In this document: in pieces, positions 12,205 to 25,700 of the stretch
How positions within the stretch are numbered: the stretch's first letter is position 1
How the letters are laid out: each line of letters begins with the position of its first letter
The notes under the pieces: generated by a model
The model's input: the letters and a program-made list of their open reading frames with translations, nothing else
The model's database searches: none
What the model was told of the DNA's origin: nothing
NCBI GenBank assembly: GCA_977862235.1
Contig: OZ374564.1
Span: 558,001 to 622,000, forward strand
Direction of reading: 5' to 3'
Length of the DNA stretch: 64,000 nucleotides
DNA from: Dudresnaya verticillata
Taxonomy: Eukaryota
Position numbers and translations under genes: made by a program

Positions 12205-15200
12205 CTATCGACGTGCAGGAGTTCTGCGACGTCGAGCTGCAGCGGCTGCCGTACGCTTTCTATTCCAATAACGGTGTATGAAGTTTTGCGGCAACTCCTC
12301 AGCGGGTTCATACGTGTCCTGGTCTGGTGGGTAGCCGTGCCAACGCACCTTGTAGGTCATGCCCGTGGGCTCTTCGCGGTGTCCCACGATCTGCTCGATG
12401 ACATACTCCGTGTCGGCATCAATTGTCTCCGGCACGGGGGCAGAAATACCGCCTGGGGTTTGGGGCGTTACAGTAATACCACCTGATGTTTGGGGTACTA
12501 CTGTGGTACCTCCCGCCTGCTGGAGTACTGTACCGTCCATGTCGGTGTGTGGCGTAACCGGCGGAGCCAATAGCGGCGCCGGTTGCACGGGAACTCCAAT
12601 TGGTACCTTAGTGATGCGATCGATGCTGATGGGAATCAGGACGCCATCCTTCTTGATAGTGACTACAGTATCCGTTGCGGTGTGCACCTCGTAGGGGCCC
12701 GTCGATCTTGGGAGGAGCTTCTTCATTTGCTGCGCAAATTCACCGACGTGGTCTGGGCCTTGACCCAATCGGTCGCGTTCTTTCCGTTCGGTGGGCCGTA
12801 GATTACGCGGCGGGCGGTCTACGTAGACCTGATCGCCACCGAGAACCACCGGTCGGAAGCGCACCTTACGGTCGAATAGGGCCTTGGACTTCAACTGGGC
12901 TGTAGTCTGTTTGGTCTGCGCCTTCTGTAGGGCATAACGCAAACGCCGCATGGTTCCCCGCTTTTGGAGTACGGGCGTCATACGCCCCTCCGTAACGGTT
13001 TCGTCCAACTCCACAGGGGTGCCACGCACAATAATATCCGATGGGTGTCGAGTTAATACCAAGTCGAAAGGGGTAGTATCCGTGATCCAGTGTACCTGCA
13101 TATTGTAGGAATAGGTTAACGGCTGTAGATATAAATCCCAATCGGTGTGGTGATCCTCGAAGTAGAGCCGGAGGCGCTGCCCGATGGTTTTGTTAAACCG
13201 CTCGGCTTGCCCGTTGGTTTGCGGGTGATAGGCGGCGATCAGCAAATGTCGCACTCCAGGTAGGGCACAGACAGCGTCGAAAAACTTTGCCGTGAACTGT
13301 CTTCCATTGTCGGTGAGTACAAATTTAGGTGCGCCATACGCATACACCCAATGGTCTAAAAATGCGTTCGCCACCACGACGGCTGTAATCGTCCGTAACG
13401 GAATGCACCGTGTTAGCTTAGAAAACCGATCGGTGATGACCAATACGAAGACATATCCCCGTTTGGTTTTCGGCAGCGGGCCCAATATGTCCGTAGCAAC
13501 AGACTCCAGTGGGCCACTCGCGGGAAATAACTTCATGAACTTCTGATGCTTAAACCGCGTGGCCTTGGTTTTAACACATGAGCGGCAACTCCGAACGGTC
13601 TCGAATACATCGTTAGCCATATGTGGCCAATAGTAGTCTCTCCGTAAGGTGTAGTACATTTTAATTCCACCAGGGTGTCCCGAGATTAAGGTGTAGTGGG
13701 CAAGATACATGACCCTGCCGCGCATATATTCGGTACCACCTTTTGGAGTGCGCCGTCGAGGGCAGACTTGCGGACAAGAAACCCATGTCGGTCGTAGTCA
13801 AATTGCGATCCAGGGGATCCCACCGATTCGGCTTTAAGCTTGCAGAATGTATCTGTTGCTTGGGCGGCTATGAACTCCTCACGGATAAGGGTCTCATTGC
13901 GCATATCATCTTGTTGGATGACCGTTTGCCGGAGTGGAGTGGGTGGCACTGTATCCTTTTCAGGCGTAGTATCCGTTTCGGTGTCTCCACTTTCAACGCC
14001 TAGGACAAGGCTGCTTGCGGCATCAGGCTGCTGAGTCTGTTTCCAATTGGTTAGTCGCACACCATGTTGCACTACACCATTAGGAGTCGATTCCATAACG
14101 AAGCAAGGCACTTCTTCGTCCAGTTCAGCTTTGTCAGCACCACCTGTTCGGAGTCTTGACATACCGTCTGCGAGTTGGTGCTTGATACCAGGGCGGTATT
14201 GTACATCGAACTCAAATTCCGATAGGCGTAGGCGCCATCTTGCTAAGCGTCCAGACGCATCGGCTAAACTCAATCTCCAGCGTAATGCGTCGTGATCCGT
14301 ACGGAGTATAAACTTTTCACCGTAAAGGTAGGGGCGTAGCGTTAGCATACTCCAAACGACAGCAAGGCACTCCTTTTCCGTGGTTGTATAATTCTTCTCC
14401 GCATCGGTTAGACTTCGGCTCCAGTAACCCACTGGTAGATTATCTCCACTAGGTTGCTCCTGGAGAAGGACACACCCAACTTGGTAGTCACAAGCGTCGG
14501 TATCCAAATATAATTGAAACCGTGACGGGGTAAAGCCAATATTGGAGGGGAGATTAGGTGTCTCTTTAGCTCCTCAAAGGCGTTAAACTCCGTTTCGGTG
14601 AGAGTTCCAAACACGAATACCAGACTCTTGCCGGTTTTCTTATTGAGTGGCGAAGCAATACGTGCGAAATTAGGGACGAAGCGTCGATAGACGTTACATA
14701 ACCCTAGAAAAGAGCGCAACTCCGTTTGGTTTGTAGGTGGCTTAGCCTCCTTAACGGCGAGAATATTCTTCCGTTCCACTTCCCGTTGGCCCGGGCGCAC
14801 TATGTGGCCCAGATACTGTACGGAAGTGTCGAAGAAGGCACACTTTGATAATTTCAGAGTTACACCTGCGGAACGGAGTAGCGTGAGGACCTCCTTAAGG
14901 TGTTCGAAATGCTCCGTGACGGTGTTAGAATATACAATCACATCATCCAGGTAGACTAAGGCAAATTGCCATTTCACCGTAGATAGGATGATGTCTACCG
15001 CCCGTTGGAAAGTAGCCGGTGCGTTTTTGAGCCCAAAAGGCATTCTCCGGAAGCGGTATAATCCATAATGACTGGTGAAGGTAGTTTTGTCACGCTCCTC
15101 CTCGGGGATCTCTACTTGCCAGTAGCCACTATTACAATCCAGAGTGGTGAATACTGTAGCTTCTCCAAGGGAGTCGATACATTCATCCATCCGGGGTAAA

Positions 15201-16603
15201 GGGTATGAATCCCGAACGGTGACAGCGTTAAGACGCCTGTAATCGACACAAAACCGCATGGAGCCGTCCTTTTTAGGAACAAAGACCACAGGGCTGGCCC
15301 ACTCCGAAGCGGATGGCTCGATCACCTTAGCGGACAACATACGATCCACTTCTGCCTTCTCCAGCTCGCGCTGTTTATGTCCTGCCCGATATGGTGCTTG
15401 ATACACCGGTTTGGCTCCAGGCACTAATTCAATACGGTGTTTCGCGGCAGTTATATTTCCTAACTCGCCGTTCCACATAGTACTGAACTCCTCGAGGAGT
15501 GTAACCACCTTAGCGAGGAGTTTTTCATCCTTGGCACCAATATGGATGTTATCTTTCCAATCGGTGTCAGGGGTTGTAGTTGATTCCGATGCGGTGTTTC
15601 CTTTGAATCCATCTTGGGGTGTAGCCTTGCTGCTTTCATTAGGAGGAGTAGGAAAGGAATTAATATGTCCTCCCCCCTCCTTAAATGGAGGTGCACCGTT
15701 AACGGTGAGTATGGCAGAGGGAGCAGCAGTAGCGAGGCCCACGACGCTAGACTTGGGTAGCCGCACCGGTTTGGGGGAAAAATTAGTTAGCCACACCTTA
15801 AAGGGTTTGTTAGGGATTACATCCATAACCCCGTTAGCCATAAGGGTGAGGTGCTTATGGATGGGTTTGGGATGGTTTTGAAGAAAACACAAACCACCGG
15901 TAGGAGTAGGGACCAATGCAAGGGATTGGGTCATAGGGGGAATAATAAGGGATTTTGCTAGTCGGAGCTTTTGCGATACCGAAGCGGATGAAACAGGGGG
16001 GCCCTGAAGAGTAGAACCAGCCACCGTTTTGGAGTGTCTGGTTTGTCCCATTAGCGAAACCGGAGAGTGGTGATGAAAAACAACTTTCCGTGCCGGTGGG
16101 AGGATCGCCTTGACATGGCGATCAATGAAACTGGTTCCCAGAATACACGGAGCAGCGAGGTTCGCGACCACCAGGAAGTGGACTCGAGTACGCAATTCTC
16201 CGATACGGACAAAACGTTGAATGACACCAAGCGGGCGTATCGACCTATTGGACGCATCCCGTAAAGGTGGACTGGCAGCGGGGCGAATCAAGGACAACCA
16301 GTGGCGTGGAAGCCGTCTGGCGTTAATGAGATTTGGCCCAGCACCAGAATCCAATACGGTGATGAGAGGTAACATGAGGTCATTACTCCTTCCCACGGTA
16401 ATCTGGATTTTATAATTCTGCCGCTGTAGGACACAGACAGAATCACCGGGTGGTGGAAATTCAAGGGGGATTTCTGGAACAAAATCAAGGGGGTAAACCG
16501 TAATGGTGGCGGACTGACAGTCCGGCAAAGCCCGTATGGGTGGGCGTACCACGTCGCATTGAGGAGACGGGGACGCCCTTACACGTCTCCTGTGACGTTT
16601 TCC
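12205..16603 (-). pseudogene. pol: Element D pol (protease, RT, RNase H, integrase, chromodomain) with two frameshifts
   Basis: LDSGAGPN, YLDD, TDAC, HHCC zinc finger, integrase core (TDNG; YHPQTNGQAERFN), chromodomain YKVRWHGY. Confidence 0.97.
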
Positions 16604-18991
16604 GAGTCGGGGTGCGCCATGAGTGTCTCCTCCATTTCAGCTGGGGGCTCGCCAACCGCACCACCATCGACAGTCAGCACCGTGCTGGGCGTTGCTGGTA
16701 GTTGCCCGGCGGACGATTTCCCATATTGGAGTTTGCAAAGGCCTGCCGCTTGAGGAGGAGCGCTTGATAGTTGCGCTCGCGCTCTTCCATCAGGGGACCC
16801 CTTTCGGTGTCGCTCAGATACGGACAAATGAAATGGTCCGGGGAGAGGCACAAGCGACAGTAGCCGCTTCCATAGAGGCGTCGGACATCCGGTGAGGCGT
16901 GATCCGTATGTTCTGCAGCAGGGGATTGTTTTCCAATACGGTGTTCGCCCTGCCCTTGACGGGGAGGCGTGTTGCCGTGGGGGTGTCCAATATGGCTGGG
17001 ATGCTGCCCGGTGGTTCCCTGACGGTGTGTGGCGGGGCCGTAGCGGGGCCGTAGCGGCTATCAGCCGGTCCGTAGCAGGGTTGCCGGGGTGGTGGCATCC
17101 GTGGCGCTGGTGGGCGAAGGTTGGGAGTCCGAGGCGGAGTAGGGTAGACACTACTCGGTGGGGAAGAGTACGCTGTAGTAAACGTAACCCCCGACGAGGT
17201 GCCGGCGCTACGACCCGCGCCACCTTCCAGAGCGAGCACGTGCTCCTCCGATTCAGCGGGATACTCCGAGTAGGTGTAGTCCGATGGAGAACCAATTGAC
17301 AGAACGCCAGAACGGCGTGACTGACTCTTAGTTTTTCCGTCGAAGACGTGCACCGCTGAGGTTTGGCGTCTGGTTGCCCGATGGGATTCTCCAAGCCCTT
17401 TAGCGTAGCGGATGATGGCTTGGTAATCCATATGGGGGTGCGTTGCCAGATAATTGCGCATCTGCTGACACGTTCCCGGTAGGATTCCTTCCACAAACAG
17501 CGACTTGAGGGACCTGTCGGAGAATACTGTACCGCATCGGAGTGCCTTAGTCCAAAGTTGGTTGGAGAATTGCTCTTCCGTTAAGGCCGACGTTTGTCGA
17601 AACGACGTTACGTCCGAATACTCTTCGGCAATCACCTCATCGGTAGCATATGTCCTTAGCAAAAAGTTCACCACTTCGGTATAGGTGCGAAGCATCTCTG
17701 CTTGCTCCTCGTCCACCGCCATGGTGCCACCAGCGAGACGGGCTTGAAGCAAAGCTTCAGCCTGTCCACTTAAGAAAAACTGGAAACACCACAGTGCGGT
17801 TCCTTCCGAAATGGAGTTGATGTTACACGCATCCTTGAACTTCGCGAGAAATCCAAGGACCGTGATGGGGTCCATACCGTTAAAGGAGTGGGACTTCATT
17901 TGCACCTCCAGCTTTTTGCGGATACGTCCCATATTCTGGGACAAGCTGGAGCTGTAGTAAGAACTCCTTTTCTCCAGACGGTATGTTCGGAAATCCAGCG
18001 CCTTCACGAACCTGTCGTTCAGGGGCCGGATCACCTTTGGGAGTGGCCTGTCGACCTCTCGGTGTTTGGTGTCGTGTTTTCTGGCCCGACGCCGCTCGTC
18101 CCTATCCGTATCGGAGTAGCTCGTATCAGAGCCAGAGGAATGGGAGGAGTCATGCCCTTTTCGTCGCCTATGGCGCGACTTGCGCTTATTCTTTTTCCTA
18201 TTGCGGTGTTGGCTATTATCGGATTCCGTACCGGAGTGTTCTTTGTCCCGTCGCGAAGCGCGTTTGCTCCGTTGCGAACGGTCACGTTCCTTATCGGAGT
18301 GGGAGTCCTTGGCCTTTCTGTCAGCACTGTCTCTACCACTCCGGTCTTGATTTCTCTTGGAGTCACCATCGGAGTGCTCACTGCCTCTACGCGAAGCCAC
18401 CGGCACGGTGATACGTTCCCCCGCAGGCACTTCTGCGGGTCCAGGGACCGTACTGCGATTCGGTTGGGGTTGGTGTGTTGGATCCAATTCGGTGTATTGA
18501 GTTTGGGTAGGTAACCCAGGGGCTGCCGCTGTCCTTACCGGATCGGGCGGAAACACCTGAGTGGGGTTTTCTGGCATATACGTCGTTTCTCCCTTGACCG
18601 GGAAGTTATTCCGTATCGGTGTAGGTCCAGAAAAGGGCTGTTCCTTAGGTCCCGGTAGGGGTTGTCCGGGGATGAGCATCTGCTCGATCTCCGACGCCTG
18701 ACGCTCCTGACGGATGAGCGTCTGTACCAACTCCGGAAGGTGTTTCTCCAGGTAGGAGCTAACAATGACCGGAACGGTGTCGGCGAGCGTGGTCTCAACC
18801 TCCTTGACCATGTTGGGTTGCACCTCTATACGGAGATGCTCCAACACCCGTGGGATGACCTCCGAAAGTATCCAATGGACACGATTGGAGTCACCTGGCT
18901 TGGATACACCCTTGCGGGAAGTGTCTGAACCAGGTCGGGATCTAGCGAGCTTACTGGCTAAACCTTTAAGGAGTTCTTCGGGGTTCTCCAT
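16579..18991 (-). pseudogene. gag: Element D gag, frameshifted near its 3' end
   Basis: 725-aa ORF upstream of pol; core (DPITVLGFLAKF...FLLRTYAT) shared with the other gags here. Confidence 0.88.
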
Positions 18992-19313
18992 ACCGGGGTT
19001 CAGGTCGGCAGCATCGCCACGGCGTGTTCTCGTGGCTGAGGCTACCTCCGGTTCGGTGGGCTCACTGCGGCGTGTTCTCGCAGTAGGGGCACCTCCGGGA
19101 TGGTGTTATCGTCACCGCGGCGTGATCTCGCGGTTGACGGCACCTCACCTTGATCCGATACGGTAGGGTCCATGTGTTCTTCTATTCTTAGGTTACCAAA
19201 ATGGAGTCAACGAGTGTTTTGCCTTGTCCTGCCTTTACACCAATACGGAGTTGTCACAAAGCTGATCTCCTACCGAAGCGGAGTCCAACGGAGATTCTTC
19301 TACCTTGACGGTC

Positions 19314-19331
19314 TTCTAGGTCGGGAGACCA
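19314..19331 (-). promoter_or_regulatory. PBS of element D
   Basis: Reverse complement is TGGTCTCCCGACCTAGAA, 6 T from the LTR end. Confidence 0.9.
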
Positions 19332-19337
19332 AAAAAA

Positions 19338-20008
19338 TGTGGTGAAGTGAAAGGCACACCTGTAAGGAGAGCTGATCAGGCAATCCCAATAAGGAGTGAT
19401 CTCACACGGCACCGGGGTGGTAGAGCTTAGTTCGTAGACCGAAGGGAGTACCTCGAGCGGCAACACCTGTAAGGAGTAAAAGGACGCAACAGACAAGGGG
19501 GACGGTACAGTGTCAGGGCAGCTACACCGGGACGGAGGTAGGAGGAATCCGTGCACGGGGCTGGCGAGGGGAAACCGTAAAGGAGTATGAGGGTAAGGCT
19601 TAGGGTAAGTCACTTTGCCCAGGGTTGCGTACCCGTTTACTGTAGGACTCACGGTGGCCACCCATTAATATACTGGGAGATACGCCCCGCGGTCCGGTCC
19701 GTGTGGGCCAGACCCCAATGGGTCTGGTCCACCAGGTGGGTCCGGCCCTACTGGTCCCGGTCACCGTTGCGGACATGCTCGGCATTCTTATTGGCCGGCT
19801 GACACTACGTACTAGCATGATTATAATTAACTAATTACAAATAAATCAACTACTTGACTCCTATTGGTGGTGCGCGCAGACTCCAGCAAGGCGTACAGTG
19901 CTACTGTGTCGCTGCACTCCGTTTCGGCTTTTGGCGCCAGCTCACCACTGCGTCGGGCGCGGGTCGGCTCAACCGTCGTCCGCACTCCGAAACGGCCGCT
20001 TCACCACA
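19338..20008 (-). repeat. 5' LTR of element D
   Basis: Direct repeat of 8337-9011. Confidence 0.95.
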
Positions 20009-22740
20009 AGTTGCACCACATCTCCCCCCCGTTAAGAGGTGAGCCCCTGCGAGCCCAACCCACGAACGATGTGGGTATCCCATCGAAGATTACGTTGCCC
20101 TTCTCAGCAGGCACAATCTGCAATAGATATATGCCCATATGTGGCAATCCGACTTTTGCTCTTATTCCGGAAGGCAGTGCACGGTACGAGGTGCTCGACG
20201 GTCTCCACAGCCGAACCAACCTGTTCAATGCTGTTGCAGCTATGCGGTACGCTATTCTCAATCATTTTTCTCATATCGGTCCAGTTAGTGGACCGACTGG
20301 TCCTCTCCATGGCCCGATTGGTCCTCTAGTGGACCGACCACTGTAAGTGCATTACAGTAACCGTGGTAACCGTAGGGCTACTCAGGGGTCGCTGCGGCCC
20401 CTGTCTCGGTGTCTTGCGGCCCTTTCCCATTTGTTTCATAGATGGGCCGTGTATGAGACATTTCCCATTTTTGCAGTATTGCAAACTCTAACAGAGCATT
20501 AAGTCGAAAATTGACAAGTTCCAGTGCATTCAGAGTGCACAGACAGGGCTGAACTTCGGCGTTGACGCCTGTGACTCCATCCACAGCCGAAGACCGGCAT
20601 CATCTGCAGTAGACCGGAGGATCCGGGCCTTGGCTCTAATGCGGGATAAAACAAAAACGAGCCGAACACGGCAATTGCAGACGCGGGCGAACAGGCGGAC
20701 ATCCCCGCAGAATGGCAGCCGCTGGCGTGGAGATCCACTGATGGACTCAAATGTGGGGTGTTCCCCAATACTCGACTTGCCCGACAGAGAACCCGGCGTA
20801 GTGGAGAAAAAGCGGCATTTCCGCATTGTTGAGTTGCGGCGACATGCGTTGGCAAATAACTGCGCTGGGGTATCCCCCATTCGAATGCCACTACAAACTG
20901 TCCAAGGTACACACAAGGCGAGTACGCCAGAAATTCAGGGCGGTTGAATACAAAAGTTGGAGTGGCCCAACGCGATATCCAAGCGGCTTCAACGGGATTG
21001 TTGCAGAATGCTGCATTTGTCAAAAGCAAGTTTTGCACGTAGAGGTGGCCTCGGAATGGGAACCGGAATTCCAGGTAGCGTCTTGTGGATGCACCACATG
21101 GTGGGAGTCCGAGTGAAGGTTGCGTGACTTCTTCCGGACAACGGGCAGTGATTTCCCATGGACCAGCATGGTCCCATCGGGGCAAACTCGTGGAACGCCG
21201 CATTCGTAGAGGACGATACGGGCGATGTGTGAAGCGGGCGTCCGCTACGCCGAACAACGAGAAGTCTCGTTTGTACAATCGTTGGGGATTTCCCAAACGG
21301 GAATATCGCGGTAAAAAGAGGCGGCTGCGCCCAAAGGAAATCCTGAGCAGTAGGAAAACTAGATTTGCCCGGATCTGGTGCCCGAAGGGGTGCCTCAAAG
21401 ACATGACGATTTCGTCAAAGGGTGGCGAAAAGCACACGCCGTTGGGCAACCATCGGCGGAATGCCGTATTGGCCTCCTCAGGGGACTTCCCCATCATGTT
21501 GGAGTGGGTGCGGATCAGGACGTTGCCGTCCGAATGAAGGGGTTACGGACATCCGTTTTCCGCATACTGGGTAAAGCACTTAGTCGAAATTCGACTTTGT
21601 GTCGGTGGAGCGACTTATGCCGAGCTCGGCATCACCAAGGGTAACTGCTCCTTAAATTCCAGTATCGGATTGGCCAAAATTAAAATTTGTCCAAACGGCA
21701 CCCAATCGCAGTCCGAAGTATGGCGTACAGTACGTGATTGACAGAGGCTGTCCGCACTGTGGTCTGGCCACATTAATTCTATGTACAGACATCTGCTGCG
21801 GGGTGTGATTGCTTATCGTACACGCTAACTCAAAGACGTCAGCGTCTCTCCGAGTAGTTGAGAAAGTTAGGGTGAACTCCTGTAGGCCCACCAACCTCTA
21901 GTCGAGTTCGACGGCGTGAGATGGGACGTCGTCCAGCGGAGCGGATTGCCGCGTGGCATAGTGTCAGTTGATGCCGATGGGCTTGGGCGCGGACTTTCGG
22001 CCGTGTGGTATACCACTGTTGCGAATGATGTAGCGGTAGGTGCCGCGAGTGCACACGCATGCGGAGGCATCCCCATATCGTTGGGGCGTACGCAAGGCCA
22101 TCGGTGACTCAGCTTAGCGATTACGGAATTCCGTTATAGGCATTTATGCCTTATAAAATGCCTTTGTAGCTTCAGTCGTAGACGACTTGGAGATGGCAAC
22201 AGAGGTTTGCCGTGGCCTTTGTAGGGGCGTTCCAGGGGCGTTCCCCATCAGATTTGCAGCAAGGGGCATTGTGGGGCGTCTCATATCAAAGGGTTCGTGA
22301 GCTTGCGTGGGTGTTGACGCGGATGCCCTGCGATGTGGGATTCCACTTTCTGTATATGACCTGTGCCAAGGCGTTCCCCTTCTTATGGGGGAGCGGATGC
22401 TCAAGGCCGTTGGCGGCTCGGAGTAGTCATTACGGAATTCCGTTTTGCGCATGCTCGCCTTTGTTGACTTAGCCGTATTCGACTTTGGGAGGAGACGATG
22501 GTGATCAATTGGGGCAGACCGCTAGGGTGAGTGGGTGCGCATAGGGAGTATCTGATTGGTGCTGTGATAATTAATATCGCGTCCGACCAATAAGATACTA
22601 TACCGTGGCGTACAGTACTCCCATTGTGTGTGCGGCAACTACTGTGGCATTGACGCCTGGCCCCGACTCTTCAATGTGGTATGTCCACTTCACTTGTGAC
22701 TTAGCAGCTGCCTGCACGCTGCACGAGTCCTATCTTGAGG

Positions 22741-25700
22741 CTAGCCCACCATTGCTCTTGTAATTGTGGCAGGGACGCCGAGGCGTCTTTTCTTACAATA
22801 GGAGATAACTTGACTCCGCGGCAGATGTTGTACGGGTTCCCATGTATTTTGCGACGACGGGTACCCGTACCATTTGACTTCAAACAGAAGTTCTGTATTA
22901 ACATAACTGTGGTTCACCACTTTTTCGATGACATACTCGTCACGTTGCGGAGCGTCTGCATTGTGTCGGTGCCTTGATGACAGGGTGTCATCAGGCGTCG
23001 GTGCTTGAGGTGGATCATCTTTCCGAGTGTCCAACTGTGACACGCGTGGCGCGACGGCAGCATTACGGCGACTCCGTATGGGGCTTGGCGTGCCAATGGT
23101 CGCAGCTTTGACTTGATTGCGGTCTGCCGCTTCTGGTCCGAGGCTCTGGCTCACGAGAGGCCGCGTAGGGATTTCCCTAATGGTGCCGTCAAACGTGACG
23201 CTCTTTCTTGGTGGGCGTGGAGAATTCTCCTTGTGATGGCCTTGCGTTCTCAACGCGTCTGGTGCCACATCGCGTGTCGCGCTTTCAGGGGCGTAATCCT
23301 TCCCATCAACGCGTCGGGTTTCGGTCCGTCTAGGGGGCCCTGGCTCGGAGCTCTCGGTTATTCGACGAGTAGGCGAGCCTTTGCGGAGTATGTCCGGCTT
23401 TGTTGATTCTTGTGGAATATCCACATTATCAAGGGTAGTTCCTGTTGGCTGCGAGAGGGGCTTCCCTTGAGGAGTATGCCCCAGGGCGGAAGTCGTGCCC
23501 GTGTTGTGTGCAGGTTGCCGATGACGAGGCATTTCCTCCCCTACTGTACCGTCGACGGCCTTGGCGCCTTCTGAAGCAGCGTGCGGTTGATCCGCGATGG
23601 GGTGCCCATTTGCGCGGGCGTCGTTCGCTGGCCTGGATTCCGGCTCCGAACGCACGGGCGTAGGAGTTGGCGTGGAGCCGGCAGCTTCAGCGCGTGTGGT
23701 AGGTGGTGAGTGAATTGCGGTAGTCCGCGTGCGGACGCCAGCGGTGCGTCCGGGTACTATGGGAGGCGATAAATCCGCCAACCCGCGATCATTGCGTGGC
23801 TGTATTGCTGGTGCCACAGCATGAAAGGTAATTGGGGCATTTCCCCCATGAGACAGATAACTCCGGTAGAGCACTGTACTCGAGCACGATCGTTATTGAG
23901 ATCGTTCGTTGGCGGTAAATCCGCATCTGTCGGGTCTGCCGTCCCTTCGGCGTTGGCTTGGTTGGTCGCGTCCCTTGGTGGGGCGGGTGCCAACACGACT
24001 CTGTCGCGGGAAACCCGCTCGTATTCAGGCCCGTCCTTCTCGACGGTGACCGTCTTGTCATTTGCGTCACTCACTGGATAGGGGCCGTCGGCGATAGGCG
24101 CCAGTTTGTGTTTTGGGGTATCCTTCCCATAGTACTCCTTGCGTACGTAGACGTGGGAGTCTACTCCGATGACGTCGCGCGAGGGACGTACCCTGTTATC
24201 GAAATTGCGTTTGTATCGCGCTTGTGTCTGGTCAACGCCTTTGGTGGCCGTTGATAGTAGTCCTGTGAGCCAGGACTGCCATTTGGCGTGAAATGTAGCC
24301 GAACTCGGCACTGGTTCCAATGAGGGATGTGCCTCGACGCTTAGAGCGGGTGGAGGTCTGGAAAGTACTAACTGGAAGGGGGCCAGGTTCGTGGTAGAAT
24401 GAACTTGCGTATTGTACACGTAGGTGATGGCATCTGAGAATAAATCCCATTCGCGCGGATGGTCCGCAACGTAGTGCAGTAGCGCGGCGCGCATTGTGCG
24501 GTTGAACCGCTCAACCTGCCCATTGCATTGGGGGTGATAGGTTGTAGTAAAGAGGTTTTTGATCCCCAAAGTTCCACATAACGACTGAAACAACTTTGCG
24601 GCAAATTGTCCGCCATTATCCGATAGTAGGTACAACGGGGGTCCGTTGACGTAGACCCAATGCGTAATGAACGCTTCGGAAACTTTCGCAGCCGTAATCT
24701 TCTTCATCGGAACTGTCCGAACGAGTTTGGAGAAACGGTCTGGGATGACCAAGAGGAATCGATTGCCTCGTTTCGTGCGAATCAGTTCGCCATAGATGTC
24801 AATGGAGACAAACTCCAAAGGTGCTTTTCCTGGGAACAGCTTCATGTGCTTTGTATTACGGCGTAGCATAACGCGATTGCGTGCACAAGTTGTGCAGTTT
24901 CTTACGGTGGCGTAACAGTCCACAGCCATGGAAGGCCAGTAGAATGATCTACGGAGTGAGTAATACATCTTGCGACCACCGGGATGTCCGGATAGTTTCG
25001 GGAAGTGTGCCAAGTGTAGCACCCGTGCGCGAAGAGTGAATGGTATCACAATTTGAGGAAGTGCCTCTTGTGTGCGAATGAGAACTCCTGTCTCGTCCAG
25101 CGCGAACGGTAACCCCTCCCCCCGTTAAGACGAGAACGCAGCGAGGTGCAGAATGCATCGGCCAATTGCGTTTGAAGAAGCTCTTCCGTCGTGATTGGGC
25201 GCAAGAGCTCAGGTTGTGATGAAGGCGGATTCGCCAGGAGGAGGCGATCGGAGACTTCGTCGTCCAATTCGAGGAATTCCTCCTTATCGCAAACGGCGCA
25301 GGGTGAAGGGGCGTCCGCCTCTACGTGGAAACACGGAATTTCGTCGTTGATATCGACTTGGGTTTCGCCTAGCGTTGAAGACGCGAAAGGGCGTCCGCTT
25401 GGGTGTTGATGCGTCCCTTCTTGTAGCGGACGTCAAAGTCGAATTCCGACATACGCAGGCGCCAGCGCATTAGGCGCCCGGAGGGATCATTAATCTCCAT
25501 TAGCCAACGAAGAGAAGAGTGATCGGTGTGTATGGTAAACTTTTCCATTTGTAGGTAGGGCCGTAAAGTGGTAACAGCCCACACCAATGCCAAACACTCC
25601 TTCTCGGAAACCGAGTAATTCTTTTCGGCGGCTTGCAGAGAACGGGACCAGTACCCGAGGGGTTTCCTCGTACCGTCGGTGTGCGTTTGGAATAAGGCGC

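Larger units (their letters stand above)
8337..20008 (-). mobile_element. Element D: full-length Ty3/Gypsy chromovirus-like element with TSD AGTTG
   Basis: AGTTG at 8332-8336 and 20009-20013; LTRs 8337-9011 and 19338-20008; PBS 19314-19331; PPT 9014-9024. Confidence 0.95.
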
